A stretch of 64,000 bases of DNA from Eledone cirrhosa (taxonomy: Eukaryota), in assembly GCA_964016885.1 (NCBI GenBank), contig OZ024740.1:269142001-269206000 (forward strand), in the 5' to 3' direction. Of this stretch, positions 53,277 through 64,000 are shown piece by piece (the first letter of the stretch is position 1; each line of letters starts with the position of its first letter). A program made the position numbers and the translations under genes. The notes beneath the pieces were generated by a model. That model made no database searches. It was given only the letters and a program-made list of their open reading frames with translations, and was not told the origin of the DNA.

Positions 53277-53312
53277 TCTTAACGTTTCGGACGCTAGTCC
53301 TTCATCAGAAGA
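53277..53312 (-). ncRNA. Minimal hammerhead ribozyme in a solo PLE terminus (~53205-53415, same family as 37345-37560)
   Basis: Minus: tctt CTGATGA a ggac-tagc-gtcc GAAA cg TT aaga. Confidence 0.8.
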
Positions 53313-54215
53313 AAGAATGAGAAATAAGGTAGATTGAAGGGACGGGCGAGCTGGAATTTGAAAAAAAAATGTCTTTAGATAAAAATAACAGGTTCATTCA
53401 TGTTGACATCTCTTGGAAAATATATTCATTTTATTAAGGTTAAAAAGTGACGCAAAACTCCAGACTCACTATTTAGCCTTAATAAAATGAATATTTAAAC
53501 TTTAATTTAGTATTGAGTACTCTTTTCTCTCAGATACATATATATCTCGGATACATATATATTAACTAATTAAAAGCTATATTAACTACAACTGTTTCAT
53601 TTACCATTCTCTGCGTCATCGCATCTATAAAAATGGAAAAAAACAGAATCTAACAACAACAACAAAACAACAACAACAACACAACAACAACAACAATAAC
53701 AACAACAGCAGCAGCAGCAGCAACAACAAAAACAACAACAGCAGCAGCAGCAGAAAACGAACGTTCAGTCGAATCAAATTAACAAAAAGGTTAAAATGTG
53801 GTCTTTTTTTTTTAATGTTGTGAAATTTCTCTTGTCAGCGAATTTCCCTACATTAACTTTACACATTTATTATTGTCGTCCGTACTAATAGAAATGTGGT
53901 ATCTGGTGCTCAATATCCTCCGGCACCATACCACCGTACACATCAACAATCAACCCACATCATTATCAATGTGTGGATTCTAACCAAATATCGTGATGTA
54001 AGATATACCGTGTTTAGTCAAATTGATCAAATTAACTTCTGAGGCACTTTGGCAGGAAACCAGTGTCGATGCCGATAAAAAATGAATATAAGCAGCATAC
54101 TACCAAAATTCGATTGCAATCTGTTTCAAGTTTAAAGCGCTTTTTCTTTTCATATAATATTACAGACAGGGAAGTTTCAAAATTGAATACGGTCAACGAG
54201 TACCTCGTTCTAGAC

Positions 54216-54509
54216 CAGTCATGGGCAACCTGCGGCTCGTGAAGTTTTCTGAATGGCTCGCCTAAGTCAACTAAGTGAAATCTTTCTGATTTTTTTACCT
54301 TTTTTAACTTTTCAGTCGTAATTTATCTTTCTATCATTTTCACAATCGGGGAAAACAATGTGTACGAATTCTGAAGAAACAAATCAAAACAACCTGAGTT
54401 ACCACCCTTTTGTTAATGTGGACACGAATGTAAATTAGCGCTTGCGGCCCGCCTGATGATGATCCATATCTCATACGGCCCGCTTCTCGTAAAAGGTTGC
54501 CCATGCTTG
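54216..54509. mobile_element. hAT (Charlie-type) MITE
   Basis: TIRs CAGTCATGGGCAACCT / AGGTTGCCCATGCTTG; degenerate 8-bp TSD ttctagac / ctcttgac. Confidence 0.82.
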
Positions 54510-55390
54510 CTCTTGACCCTGTCTGCAACCCCTTCCTTTCAAACACAAGAACAACGATACAGAAATAAATAAAAGAAATCAAAAGATTCAGACCGTTGCA
54601 AATTGACGTATATAACTCTGGCCAAAAGGAATCACTGCACTTATATACCTTACAACACGCACACATACTCTCGGGTCCCAAATAATATTGGGGTGGAAAA
54701 TCGGTAATTTTTCTCGGTTGTCTCCCTTGATGTTTTAAAAACCAGAATTAGTCGTTTAGTCGTTGAGATCCCAACCCATCCTATTTATTCTATAATGTAT
54801 GAGATTTCTTATGTTTTTTTTTTTGTTTTATCTAATTTTTTGTTGTTGCCATGTATAATGTTTTTGATGTCTAAAAAAATTAATTGTCGCCTAAGATAGA
54901 TTAGCAAAATGTTATTAACGGGGAGGTGGTATTAGAGGGGAGGGCATTGCTCGAGTCCAAGAGTGCGTGTACACATAAAAAATACTTTCAAGATATAACA
55001 GATAAGTAGCGTCTTAAATAAAGGATACTATACACTGGATAATATAGTACTGGATACATTACGTTAGAATATAGGACAAAATGCCAAGAAAACTGAAGAT
55101 CGTAACTATCAAAAGCCCTTGCAACACCAGCAACAAAAATATCATTTCTCGTGGTTGTGGTGATGTCAGTAAAGTCAACAAGACCAATCACAACAGCGGC
55201 AAAATATGACAACATATCTTTTGGTTGTGGCGAGGTCAACAACAACAGTGACAAAAATAAAAACAATAGAAACAAAATTAGTATATGGTTTGACAATACT
55301 CTTCAGAGGAGTATAATTCTTCACTTTTTATTGTTATATTTCATGTTTTTATCATACATCGTTTTATTCCCTGTTGTATAAAAAGAGATA

Positions 55391-55575
55391 TAATAATTGT
55401 TTCTACGTTTGGCACAAGGCCAGTAATTACCCAGTGCATTACTGGTACTTTATTTTATCGACCCCGTACGGATGAAAGGCAAAGTTAACATCGGCGGTAT
55501 TTGAACTCAGAATGGCAAGAGCCGTAACTCCATACGTCAAAGCATGGCGTCCGACCCTCTACCGACACTGCCAAT
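55391..55575 (-). mobile_element. tRNA-derived SINE
   Basis: Same family as 40541-40727, reverse orientation. Confidence 0.9.
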
Positions 55576-55777
55576 ACAATGCTTACAGAACAAAAGCACA
55601 AACAAATATAATATAAAGGAAAGGGAAAACAGAAAAAAAGATAGGAAAAGAAAGAGAAAAGAAAAAAAATCACACATCTGGGAACATATACAACAAAAGT
55701 TAGGCGAAAGAGGTGGACAACCGAGCCGCTACCAGAGTAAAAGATAACAGTATCGCAATGAGCACTGGGAAACCTCT

Positions 55778-56390
55778 CTAATGGTTTTTGTGGCAAGCCA
55801 TCTCGCTCGCAGCGTTACCACGGGTGATGGCGTGGCTGATGCGCTGGAACAACCAAGCATCGTCACGAGCTTCACCAGTTACCTCTGTTAGGTGAGCCGC
55901 CAGTGAAGATAGGAATCTCGCAGTCAGTAGCCCGACTCCCCCAAACATCTCGAACGCCACAGGCTGTTCCGTTCGGCTGTGGAAGTTGCATCTCTCGCGC
56001 TAACCGCAGCATCCAGGATGTGTGAAGAAGCAAAAGAGTCACTAACTCTGACATCCCATACAAGACAACTGCCTCTGGACCAGGGGCACACGGTAAGTCC
56101 GTCAGGTCTTTTCCCATCACTTCTGGATAACCCAGATGGTTCCAAGATTAAGGGGATGATTGCCCGAGCCAAAGCTCTCTTGAGAATAAGGTTTTGCTCC
56201 GTGTGACGTGCGAAGCAACCGGCATTCAGGCGGCAAGAAAGACCGTGGAGGACTGTGGTGTCTAGCAGTTTGCCACATCGACACCTCAAACCCGTGCAGA
56301 CGTCAGCTCTCATTCTGAGGGCAATGGAGACACGAAGTTCGTCCAAGCTAAGAAGGCCACCAACGTTAACCACGGGTAGGGCATCAACCC
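55778..56390 (-). mobile_element. 3' part of a CRE-clade non-LTR retrotransposon (CCHC finger plus restriction-like endonuclease)
   Basis: CRCGKLLDTTVLHGLSC...RH...LEPSGLSRSDGKRPDGLTVCPWSRGSCLVWDV, then after a frameshift WLFQRISHAITRGNAAS, typical of CRE C-termini. Confidence 0.85.
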
Positions 56391-57010
56391 AGAAAATTGA
56401 ATACGTAATATTGCTTCTCAGAGTGATATCGTATCTACATATTTTATCCCCTCATTGATATATATATTTAAGTATTAGAGACTAACTAATCTTTAATTAA
56501 TATTAAACTACTCCGTAATTTGTTGAGTTGTATCAGATGGTATTTTGGCTGTTATTTCCAGTGGTATTATAAGTCTGTCACATAGTCCTAATATGTTAGG
56601 AGGTATTTGAGCATTTAATAGTTCAACCATCCAAGTGTCTTTTTGTTCAGCATGCTGCCTCGGCAAATGAAACTGTATATATAACTCCTTGGCCAATATT
56701 CTCTCAGCTTTTGAAGAATTAAACTCCCCTGAAGAACAATGCGGATTTTTCAATTATTGGTAATTCCAATAAAATTCTTCAGTAAACGAAGCCATGGTAA
56801 GGAGATCTTTATATAAGTGAGAATAGCTGAACTATATTTTTGTCTGTCTGGCTTATATTCACATGAAAAAAGTTTTTTTCATTTAAATTTAATATGTAAC
56901 ATTGTAATATTGCTTCTCTGAGAAACATCTTATCTATATAGTTTATCTACTCATTGATGTTTAAGTATTAGAAACTAATTAATATTTAATATATATATAT
57001 ATACGTATAT

Positions 57011-57072
<62 letters not shown>

Positions 57073-57174
57073 ACACACACACACACAGGTATATATATAT
57101 AGATATATAGATATGTATAGATATATAGATATATATGTATATACATACATACACACACACACGCACACACATAT

Positions 57175-57233
<59 letters not shown>

Positions 57234-57361
57234 AAAGTTTTATTTAAAATTGTTGGGTTACAACGAGTAAATATTTTATAACTGATATAAAGCACTCAAC
57301 AAGTTTTGGAGTAGATATACGATATTAAACAAATGGAAACTATATTTATAAAACCATATTT

Positions 57362-57425
57362 ATTTCATTATACATATTTCAGGGATACCATATTAAAAAT
57401 ATGGCATGCCTTCTTCAGATAAAAT
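57362..57425 (-). ncRNA. Type I hammerhead ribozyme (left arm)
   Basis: Reverse complement of 57569-57632. Confidence 0.78.
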
Positions 57426-57568
57426 ACAATATATAAGCAGTTTTATAAATAAATTTGACGTACCATAAAATATTGATCAACTTCCATTTAAAAAAGTTGG
57501 TTTTAAATGGAAGTTGATCAATATTTTATGGTACGTCAAATTTATTTATAAAACTGCTTATATATTGT

Positions 57569-57632
57569 ATTTTATCTGAAGAAGGCATGCCATATTTTTA
57601 ATATGGTATCCCTGAAATATGTATAATGAAAT
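57569..57632 (+). ncRNA. Type I hammerhead ribozyme (right arm)
   Basis: attttat CTGAAGA aggcatgccatatt-ttt-aatatggtatccct GAAA tatgta TA atgaaat; 7-bp helix I and long helix II. Confidence 0.8.
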
Positions 57633-57672
57633 AAATATGGTTTTATAAATATAGTTTCCATTTGTTTAATAT

Positions 57673-57726
<54 letters not shown>

Positions 57727-57729
<3 letters not shown>

Positions 57730-58336
57730 TGGCTGCCAACTCGTTTTCGAGTACGGCCACTACTTTATATCCATGTAGGAGAAACCCTACCGATGCGCTG
57801 AACGAGTGTGACTTTTTAGTCCAGCGACTTGAAAACTCTGGTACAAACACTACATTTGTGACAATTATTGACACATAGTGCTGGGCCCATGGTACAATGT
57901 GACGACAAGTGCAGAGAGATCTCCAGATATAAAGCAATGCCTGTGCCGTGAAGCTTTTATACTGAGCAAAGGCACTGCACAAAGCCAGTCCCACTCTCTT
58001 AACCAAGATGATATTTACCAAAAATAAGAACAAGTCAACATCATTGGATACCATCAGGGTTGCAGGTGTTATATCAGAGTTTTCTTTCTCCTAGAATTCT
58101 GCCTTGGCAAAGGCTAAGGGGGTCATCTTTCCCGGTGATTTTGGATGGCCATTGACTCTTAAGAGCTCCTTTGCCCTTTGACAGGTTTTGTGTTTCTAGT
58201 CCTGCAGGATGTCCAAAGTGACCCTCCTCACCAAAGAAACCTTGGTGGGGTTGCCAGTTTAGTCACCAACGACCCGAACATGAGACAGGTTGTACTGGGA
58301 TACATGTTACCAGTAGCACCAACTGGTGACCTGACA
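57727..58336 (-). mobile_element. Second copy of the ~610-bp RTE-like non-autonomous element
   Basis: Reverse complement of 36589-37197, TA-rich repeats on both sides. Confidence 0.72.
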
Positions 58337-58423
58337 TATATATATACATACATACATACATACATACATACATACACACACATGTTATATATATATTATA
58401 TATATTACACATATTATACACAC

Positions 58424-58559
<136 letters not shown>

Positions 58560-58639
58560 CACATACATACATACACACCCATATTATATATATATATATA
58601 GTAATAATAATAAATTTGAAGACATATATATATATCAAT

Positions 58640-59665
58640 AAACCTAAATCTCAGCCAAATCCCTAACAACATACAAAACCGCAACGGGGAACCTACACAC
58701 AGGAAGGCCTCCAAATGCAACTGCCACTTGCCGAATAAATGTCTATTACAAAATAGATTCCTGAAATCAAGTATAGTGTACCTGTGTACTATCAAATCAG
58801 GCATCCTAGCATGGCACTACATAGGTTCTACAGCTGGTGATTTCAAAAAATGATGGTATATGCATAGGAATTCTATAAAAAAAAAACGTAGACTAGAGAA
58901 CTCAACGACAATGGCCAATAAGATCTGGCAACTTAAGAACATCAACCAGGAATATGAGATTAGCTGGTCGAAGTTATCAAGTGCAAGGGCCTACAAAAAT
59001 GGAATGTCCCAATGCAGACTTTGCAATATGGAGCTGCTCCATATTTTAAAGTATGATAAAATGCTGCTCAACAAGAAGATAGAACGATCAATTTTCTGTA
59101 GGCACAAAGCAGCCACCAAGTTCTCTAACTTCAAACCAGCAATCTCGGAATTCAATCAGAACCACCCGGGTTCTAATGTACTAGCTGCACACCCCCGCAC
59201 TGTTATTAGCTGTCAACTGACCAACCGATCATTAAATCAACATCATAAATCTCCCAACCTTTCTTTCACTCTCTCTCTATAGCCGCATCACCTCCATTAA
59301 GATAAAACAATAAGTCTGCCAGACCTTAATCACCCATATAATCATCACTGCCCCTTTCACTTTTTATTCTCTATCTATCTACTGCCCGTTCTTAGTCCTA
59401 CCCCTTATGTCTCATCCTCGAATCCTTATCTTCTCTCTCCCCCCCCCCCCTCTCTCTCTCCTGTTCATTATCTCTTCTCTCTTACATTTTATTTTTATTG
59501 TTTTAATTTTAATCCTCTGAGATTTTATTGTAACTCTTGCATTTTTATTTCACCAATTTATACTACATATCATGTATTTTGTATTTCTTTTCATGTTATT
59601 ATTATCTTTACTGTCACTACTATTTTACAAAACCACTTACTCACCATTATGACTTCAACTACCAC
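58640..59665 (+). mobile_element. PLE 3' fragment (GIY-YIG plus 3' UTR), abutting the Tx1-like LINE
   Basis: CNC...SIVYLCTI...HYIGSTAGDFKK*WYMHRNS...STTMANKIWQLK...ISWSKL...CRLCNMELLHIL...LLNKK...CRH. Confidence 0.88.
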
Positions 59666-62646
59666 CTTCAACTTCTCCATGCCTGTAGAGTTTATCCCGA
59701 ACTGGCAAAGCTCCTCGGTAGCACTGCCAGGCCAGGGATTTAGGGAAGTTGTCCATAGGCCCCAGCCCGAAAGTCCTTCCGAAGAGATTGGCTAGTTGAT
59801 TTTCGTCGACGCCTAGAGTTTCTCCAAGTACGTCGTCGCTCTTCCCCTCCACTAATCCTCTATAGAACGCCAAGGTGGAGTTTCCACCGATCACATTGCC
59901 CGATTGGTCGAGGGCTGTGAGCGCCTGAAGACATTCCAGTCTCCAAGCCTTCCCTCTCGGTCTTCGCTTAACCCAGGACTGCAGCTCCGTCAAGGAGACG
60001 AGCTGGGGAAAGAGTGTCTAGCAAACGGCGACCACATCTGATCACCGTCGAGGAAGAGGTGGAGATGTCGTAGCCTGAGCGTGTGTCTGCGCATCATCAG
60101 CCACGGCATGCCCAGCCCTCCACGTAGCGGGTGTTGACAGCAGATGGACCGTCTGACCATCGGAGCGCGTACCTTCCACAAAAAGCGAAACAGCAAAAGT
60201 CAGGCGGGGCTTAGGACAAGGTACGACGGTCAGGCGGTAGTAGATGACGGACGCGATGTACGCGTTAGCCACCTCCGCTCGACCTTTCAGGGATAGCTTC
60301 CTCTCCGCCCATTTCTGGGTGAGAGAAGTCACCCTGCTCGTCACCTCGTCCCAGTTTTTGTCCGTCTGGAGGTCCGGACCGAACCAGACCCCTAGCAATT
60401 TAACCGGTCCGTCCGTCCAGCGCCCAACGACGCTGTTGGACGGTATGGACCTGCCTCTCCAGGTGCCGAGCTGCAGGCCCACTGACTTTTCCTGGTTGAT
60501 CATTGCTCCTGTCACCGCTTCGTATTCTCTTAGTGTAGTGCCGATCGCCTCGATGTGTTTCTCATTCGACACCACTACGGTGACATCGTCCGCATATGCT
60601 GACACGGATCTTCCGCATCCTAGTTCGCGCGGGACCCCCTCAACGTCTCCAGTTTGTGCAGTAATGGCTCGAGAGTTAATACGTACAAGAGGGATGAGGA
60701 GCGAGAGGGGACATCCTTGGCAGACCGAGCACATGATGTTGAACGGTTCCGAAAGGTGACCGTTCACTCTCACCAGAGAGCAAATGCCGCTGTGCATGGC
60801 AGCGATCCAGCCTCTGAAGACGGGCCCAAAGCCAGCCGCCCTCAGGACTGCCGCTAGGTAACGATGGTCGACCCTATCGAACGTTTTCGACTGATCTAAA
60901 TTGATCAAGGACCCACCTGTGCCAGGTTCCCTAGCGACCCTCTCTACGATGTATCGCATGAGGTGGAGGTTGTCGTGGGTGGATCTGTCGGGAATGGCGC
61001 ATGTCTGCGCCTCTCCCACCAGACCACCAACGACAAGCGCCAACCTCTTTGCTAGCACCTTGGCCAAAAACTTGAACTCTGTGTTTAACAGAGTTATGGG
61101 CCTGAAATTATCTATGCTATCCCCCTTGTTCGGATCCTTTCTCAGGAGCGCCACAGCTCCTCGGCTCACAGAGCTGGGAATTCTCCCGTTCTGTTGTCAG
61201 TTGCAGTAGACATCAGCCTCCGAACAAGTCTGGCATCTGTACGTAAAGTTCATAAAGCAGACCATCCAAACCAGGCGATTTACCCCTTGTGCAGCCAGTC
61301 ATTGCCTCCCTTACTTCAGCGGCTGTTATCGGCTTTTCGCAACACTCCGCCTCAGTGGCCGAGAGCCGTGGCAGTCCGTCGAGGTAGACACTAAAATCCA
61401 TCCCTCTATCCGGCCCGCCGTTGCCCCCGAACAACTGTGTGAAGTGTCGCTGAAAAGCTTTACACATTTGCCCGGGATCGAGTAGCATGCGCCCGTCGTG
61501 GTCCACCAAAGACCGGATCATGGCTTTGTTGCCACGACGCGCCTCCGCCACTCGGGCCCATTGAAGGGCTTTCGTCCCCTCGTGTCTGAGAGCACGCACC
61601 CTAGCTCTGACAACGCAGCCTTCATGCTTTGCATTGAAGAATTGGTCAAGGGCCAATTTCGCCGCAAGTACGTCGGTTGCGATGCCTTTGCTAAGCGCCT
61701 CGTCTAATGTTCTAACTAATTCTCCCTCTGCTCTATTTTTCTCTATTGCTAAAGCCTTTCTAAACCTAATATACTCTATTCTAATTGCTCTTTTCAGAGC
61801 AAACCACCACTTGTTGTTGACGATGGCCCCCGTCAACGTCCGCTTAACTAGTTCACTAATCCGGTCTCTGTAGGCCTTGCGCGCTGGTAAGGTCGCGTTT
61901 AGCTTCCAGTAGCCGGGTCCTCGTCTATGAAGCCTATCTAAGTCAAGCACACAGATCACAAATTTGTGGTTCGTGTAGCTGACTATCTTGAATTGTGGAC
62001 AGCCTATGCTAGACCTATCTATTTCCCTACAAAATACTCTATCTAGATATGATCTGGATGACCCTATGCGATTTGTCCAAGTCCACATTGGCACATTCGG
62101 GAAATCCAATCGGTACCTGTCAGACAGTTCAAAACGCCTGAGCAGGTTGGTGAGACTCTTTCGCCCTCCTCCCCTATCCGCTAATCCCACACAGTTCCAG
62201 CGTGCATCTAAGATCCCGTTCCAGTCGCCCACTAACACTAACGAGCGGGACGTTCCAAGAAAGGTCTCCAGACGCCGGAAGAAATCAGGCCGCCCTGCTG
62301 CTGTCAGGGCATAGACGGCCACTAGCCTGAAAGCTTGCCCGTCTCCGCTGGTCACGTCCAGCCCCACCAACTTACCTTCTGGGTCCAGGAAGATGGCCCG
62401 TATGGCGAGATCCAAACCTCTCCGAAAAAGCACAGCAACTCCTCCCCCCGATCCCGGACGGCTGGGAGACGCGTACACATCGTAGCCGCCGAAGATCGGT
62501 GCGAAGGCCCGTGCTTCGGAGATTCTGGTCTCGCTGATGGCCACTACATCTATGTTTAGTGACCTGAGGTCGTTGAGCAGGTGGCCCTGCTTCCATGACG
62601 ACTCCAAGCCACGCGCATTTATGCTGCTTATTCTGAGTGAGGTCAT
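59666..62646 (-). pseudogene. Tx1/L1 ORF2 (APE endonuclease plus reverse transcriptase), frameshifted near 61200, 60690, 60200 and 59990
   Basis: SINARGL, AISET, LVGDWN, SYLDRVF, TNHK (APE); GPGYWKLN; KSPGLDGL; NFRPITLLNTEFKFLAKVLAKRL, LDQSKTFDRVDH, QGCPLS, AYADDVTV (RT). Confidence 0.93.
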
Positions 62647-62974
62647 GTTGAAATGGAGTGGAAAAGATGGGAAAGACCACTTACCTTACTTCTCGTAAAG
62701 GAAGGACGGTTTCTCCATCATGTTCACTGCTTGAGGCCTCCTCAGGAAGGATGTCCTTATAAATCCTGCTGGAGAGTGCTTGTCGGAAGTCTCCGATGTC
62801 TTTGGGGAATTTTTGTTTTAGTGTCATGTATGTTTCTGTGTGATGCGAGTGATTTGTATGTGTGGAGGTGGTGTGAACTTTTGGGTTGTTGTGTAGTCTT
62901 TTTCTGTGATGCTGGTGTTGTGTTGGATGTAGTGTAATAATGTGGGATTGTTTCTGTTTCGCTTTTTGTGACTT

Positions 62975-63991
62975 TTATGGTGTAGGTGATGGTGGTGTTG
63001 GGGTTAATGATGGTGATGGGGTTGGTGATGCTTGTGTGGATGGTGGCATATCTGACCTAACTTTTTTGTTTGATAGTTTATTTGTTTCCCTCTGTATTTT
63101 GTTTTTGGAGGGGGAAGGAAGAGAAATTTTTCTTTTTTGCTTTCTTTTTTTTTTCTTTTTTCCTGATACCGTTTCCCACTCCTCGTCGTCACAATCTGTC
63201 TCCAGTTGTGATAGGCCGGTGAGTGGAAAATCCTCCACGGGCGTTAGTTTTGGTTGTGGCGTGGTGGATGGTGTAGGCGCTGGTGATAGTTCTGAAGCGT
63301 TGGGTGGTGGTGGTGTTGATTTCGCTACTGTTGCTGGGGTTGTTGCTGTTATAGTTGCTTCTGTTGTTGCTGCTACAGTTGTTGCTGCCATCTCTACTGC
63401 TGGTGGTGTTGATGGTTGAGTCACTGGGGTGGGTAGGAGAGGTGGCCTCAACCTTTTAGCCTGAGGGCAGAAAACCCTTAGGTGGGTTCCTTCACCACAA
63501 ATGACACACCTAGGCCTTCTGCCCTCGACAATTACGGTGAGGTGGCTGCCGCCAGTGAGGTCTATTACCTCTGGGATCTCCTCAATGCTTTTTGGGTCCG
63601 CTTGGATCAGGAGCTCCATCCCAGATCGGGACCAGTTCTCCTGCTTTTCTTTCGCTATTGCTATTATCTTGGTGTTGGCTTCGATGCCGGCGAGGACGGC
63701 AGCTATTAGCCAGGGAATTTCGATGGCCGGTGGAACGTGGGTCACCCTGATTTTTACGAGTCTCTGGCCACAATAGCTTGGGACGAGTGTGAAGTCGTCA
63801 CTTCTTAATGGGGCCATGGAGTGTTCTCTAGCCTCTTCTGGTGTTTCAAAGAACACGTCCACGGTTCCATACTTCTGCCCACGTCTGATGTGGGTTTTTC
63901 TTGCCCACACATGTCCCAAAGCTTTTTGGATTTGGGACTCGGATGCCCGTTCCACTCGGCGCGATTTTACATTAATTGTTCGATAAGACAC
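62975..63991 (-). CDS. Tx1/L1 ORF1 protein (gag-like CCHC knuckle, Pro/Thr-rich tail); start may lie outside the window
   Basis: 338-aa ORF with CVICGEGTHLRVFC (CX2CX4HX4C) and WETVSGKKKKKRK upstream of ORF2. Confidence 0.85.
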   Translation of the reverse strand: MSYRTINVKSRRVERASESQIQKALGHVWARKTHIRRGQKYGTVDVFFETPEEAREHSMAPLRSDDFTLVPSYCGQRLVKIRVTHVPPAIEIPWLIAAVLAGIEANTKIIAIAKEKQENWSRSGMELLIQADPKSIEEIPEVIDLTGGSHLTVIVEGRRPRCVICGEGTHLRVFCPQAKRLRPPLLPTPVTQPSTPPAVEMAATTVAATTEATITATTPATVAKSTPPPPNASELSPAPTPSTTPQPKLTPVEDFPLTGLSQLETDCDDEEWETVSGKKKKKRKQKRKISLPSPSKNKIQRETNKLSNKKVRSDMPPSTQASPTPSPSLTPTPPSPTP

Positions 63992-64000
63992 GGTGCATAG

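Larger units (their letters stand above)
57321..57673. repeat. Apparently perfect fold-back, 173-bp arms, 7-nt spacer, with one HHR in each arm
   Basis: 57321-57493 is the reverse complement of 57501-57673; spacer aagttgg. Confidence 0.95.
59666..64000 (-). mobile_element. Tx1/L1-clade non-LTR retrotransposon, 3'-truncated, 5' end beyond the window edge
   Basis: ORF1 with zinc knuckle, followed by ORF2 with APE endonuclease and RT, broken by a few frameshifts. Confidence 0.95.

Noticed and set aside
56508-56820. 81-aa minus-strand ORF (MKNPHCSSGEF...)
   Set aside because: Short, preceded by an in-frame stop, no recognisable family or clear splice context
60244-63986. Plus-strand ORFs overlapping the Tx1-like LINE
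   Set aside because: Antisense shadows of the GC-rich ORF1/ORF2

Overview
AT-rich, microsatellite-saturated eukaryotic (animal) DNA; the SINE family and repeat landscape suggest a cephalopod/octopus-type genome (inference). No convincing host protein-coding exon was seen. Most ORF-track entries are microsatellite artefacts. The window is a retroelement graveyard: two Tx1/L1-type LINEs (3.2-5.7 kb decayed; 59.7-64 kb largely intact), at least seven Penelope-like element (PLE) copies or fragments (RT and/or GIY-YIG), R4/Dong-, CRE- and Ingi/Vingi-like LINE 3' parts, seven copies of one tRNA-derived SINE, a non-autonomous Helitron, several MITEs and a ~281-bp tandem array. The most striking signal was read by eye and not computed: about 17 type I hammerhead-ribozyme (HHR) motifs with a recognisable catalytic core, plus about 8 decayed ones, from several unrelated families. 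Many sit in fold-back (inverted-repeat) elements bounded by (TA)n tracts. They include two U3-A8 core variants, variants with long helix II inserts, and an ~85-bp ribozyme-only island. HHRs in PLE termini are established knowledge; the density, the variants and the non-coding fold-back derivatives are what merit follow-up. Coordinates were counted by hand and may be off by a few bases.
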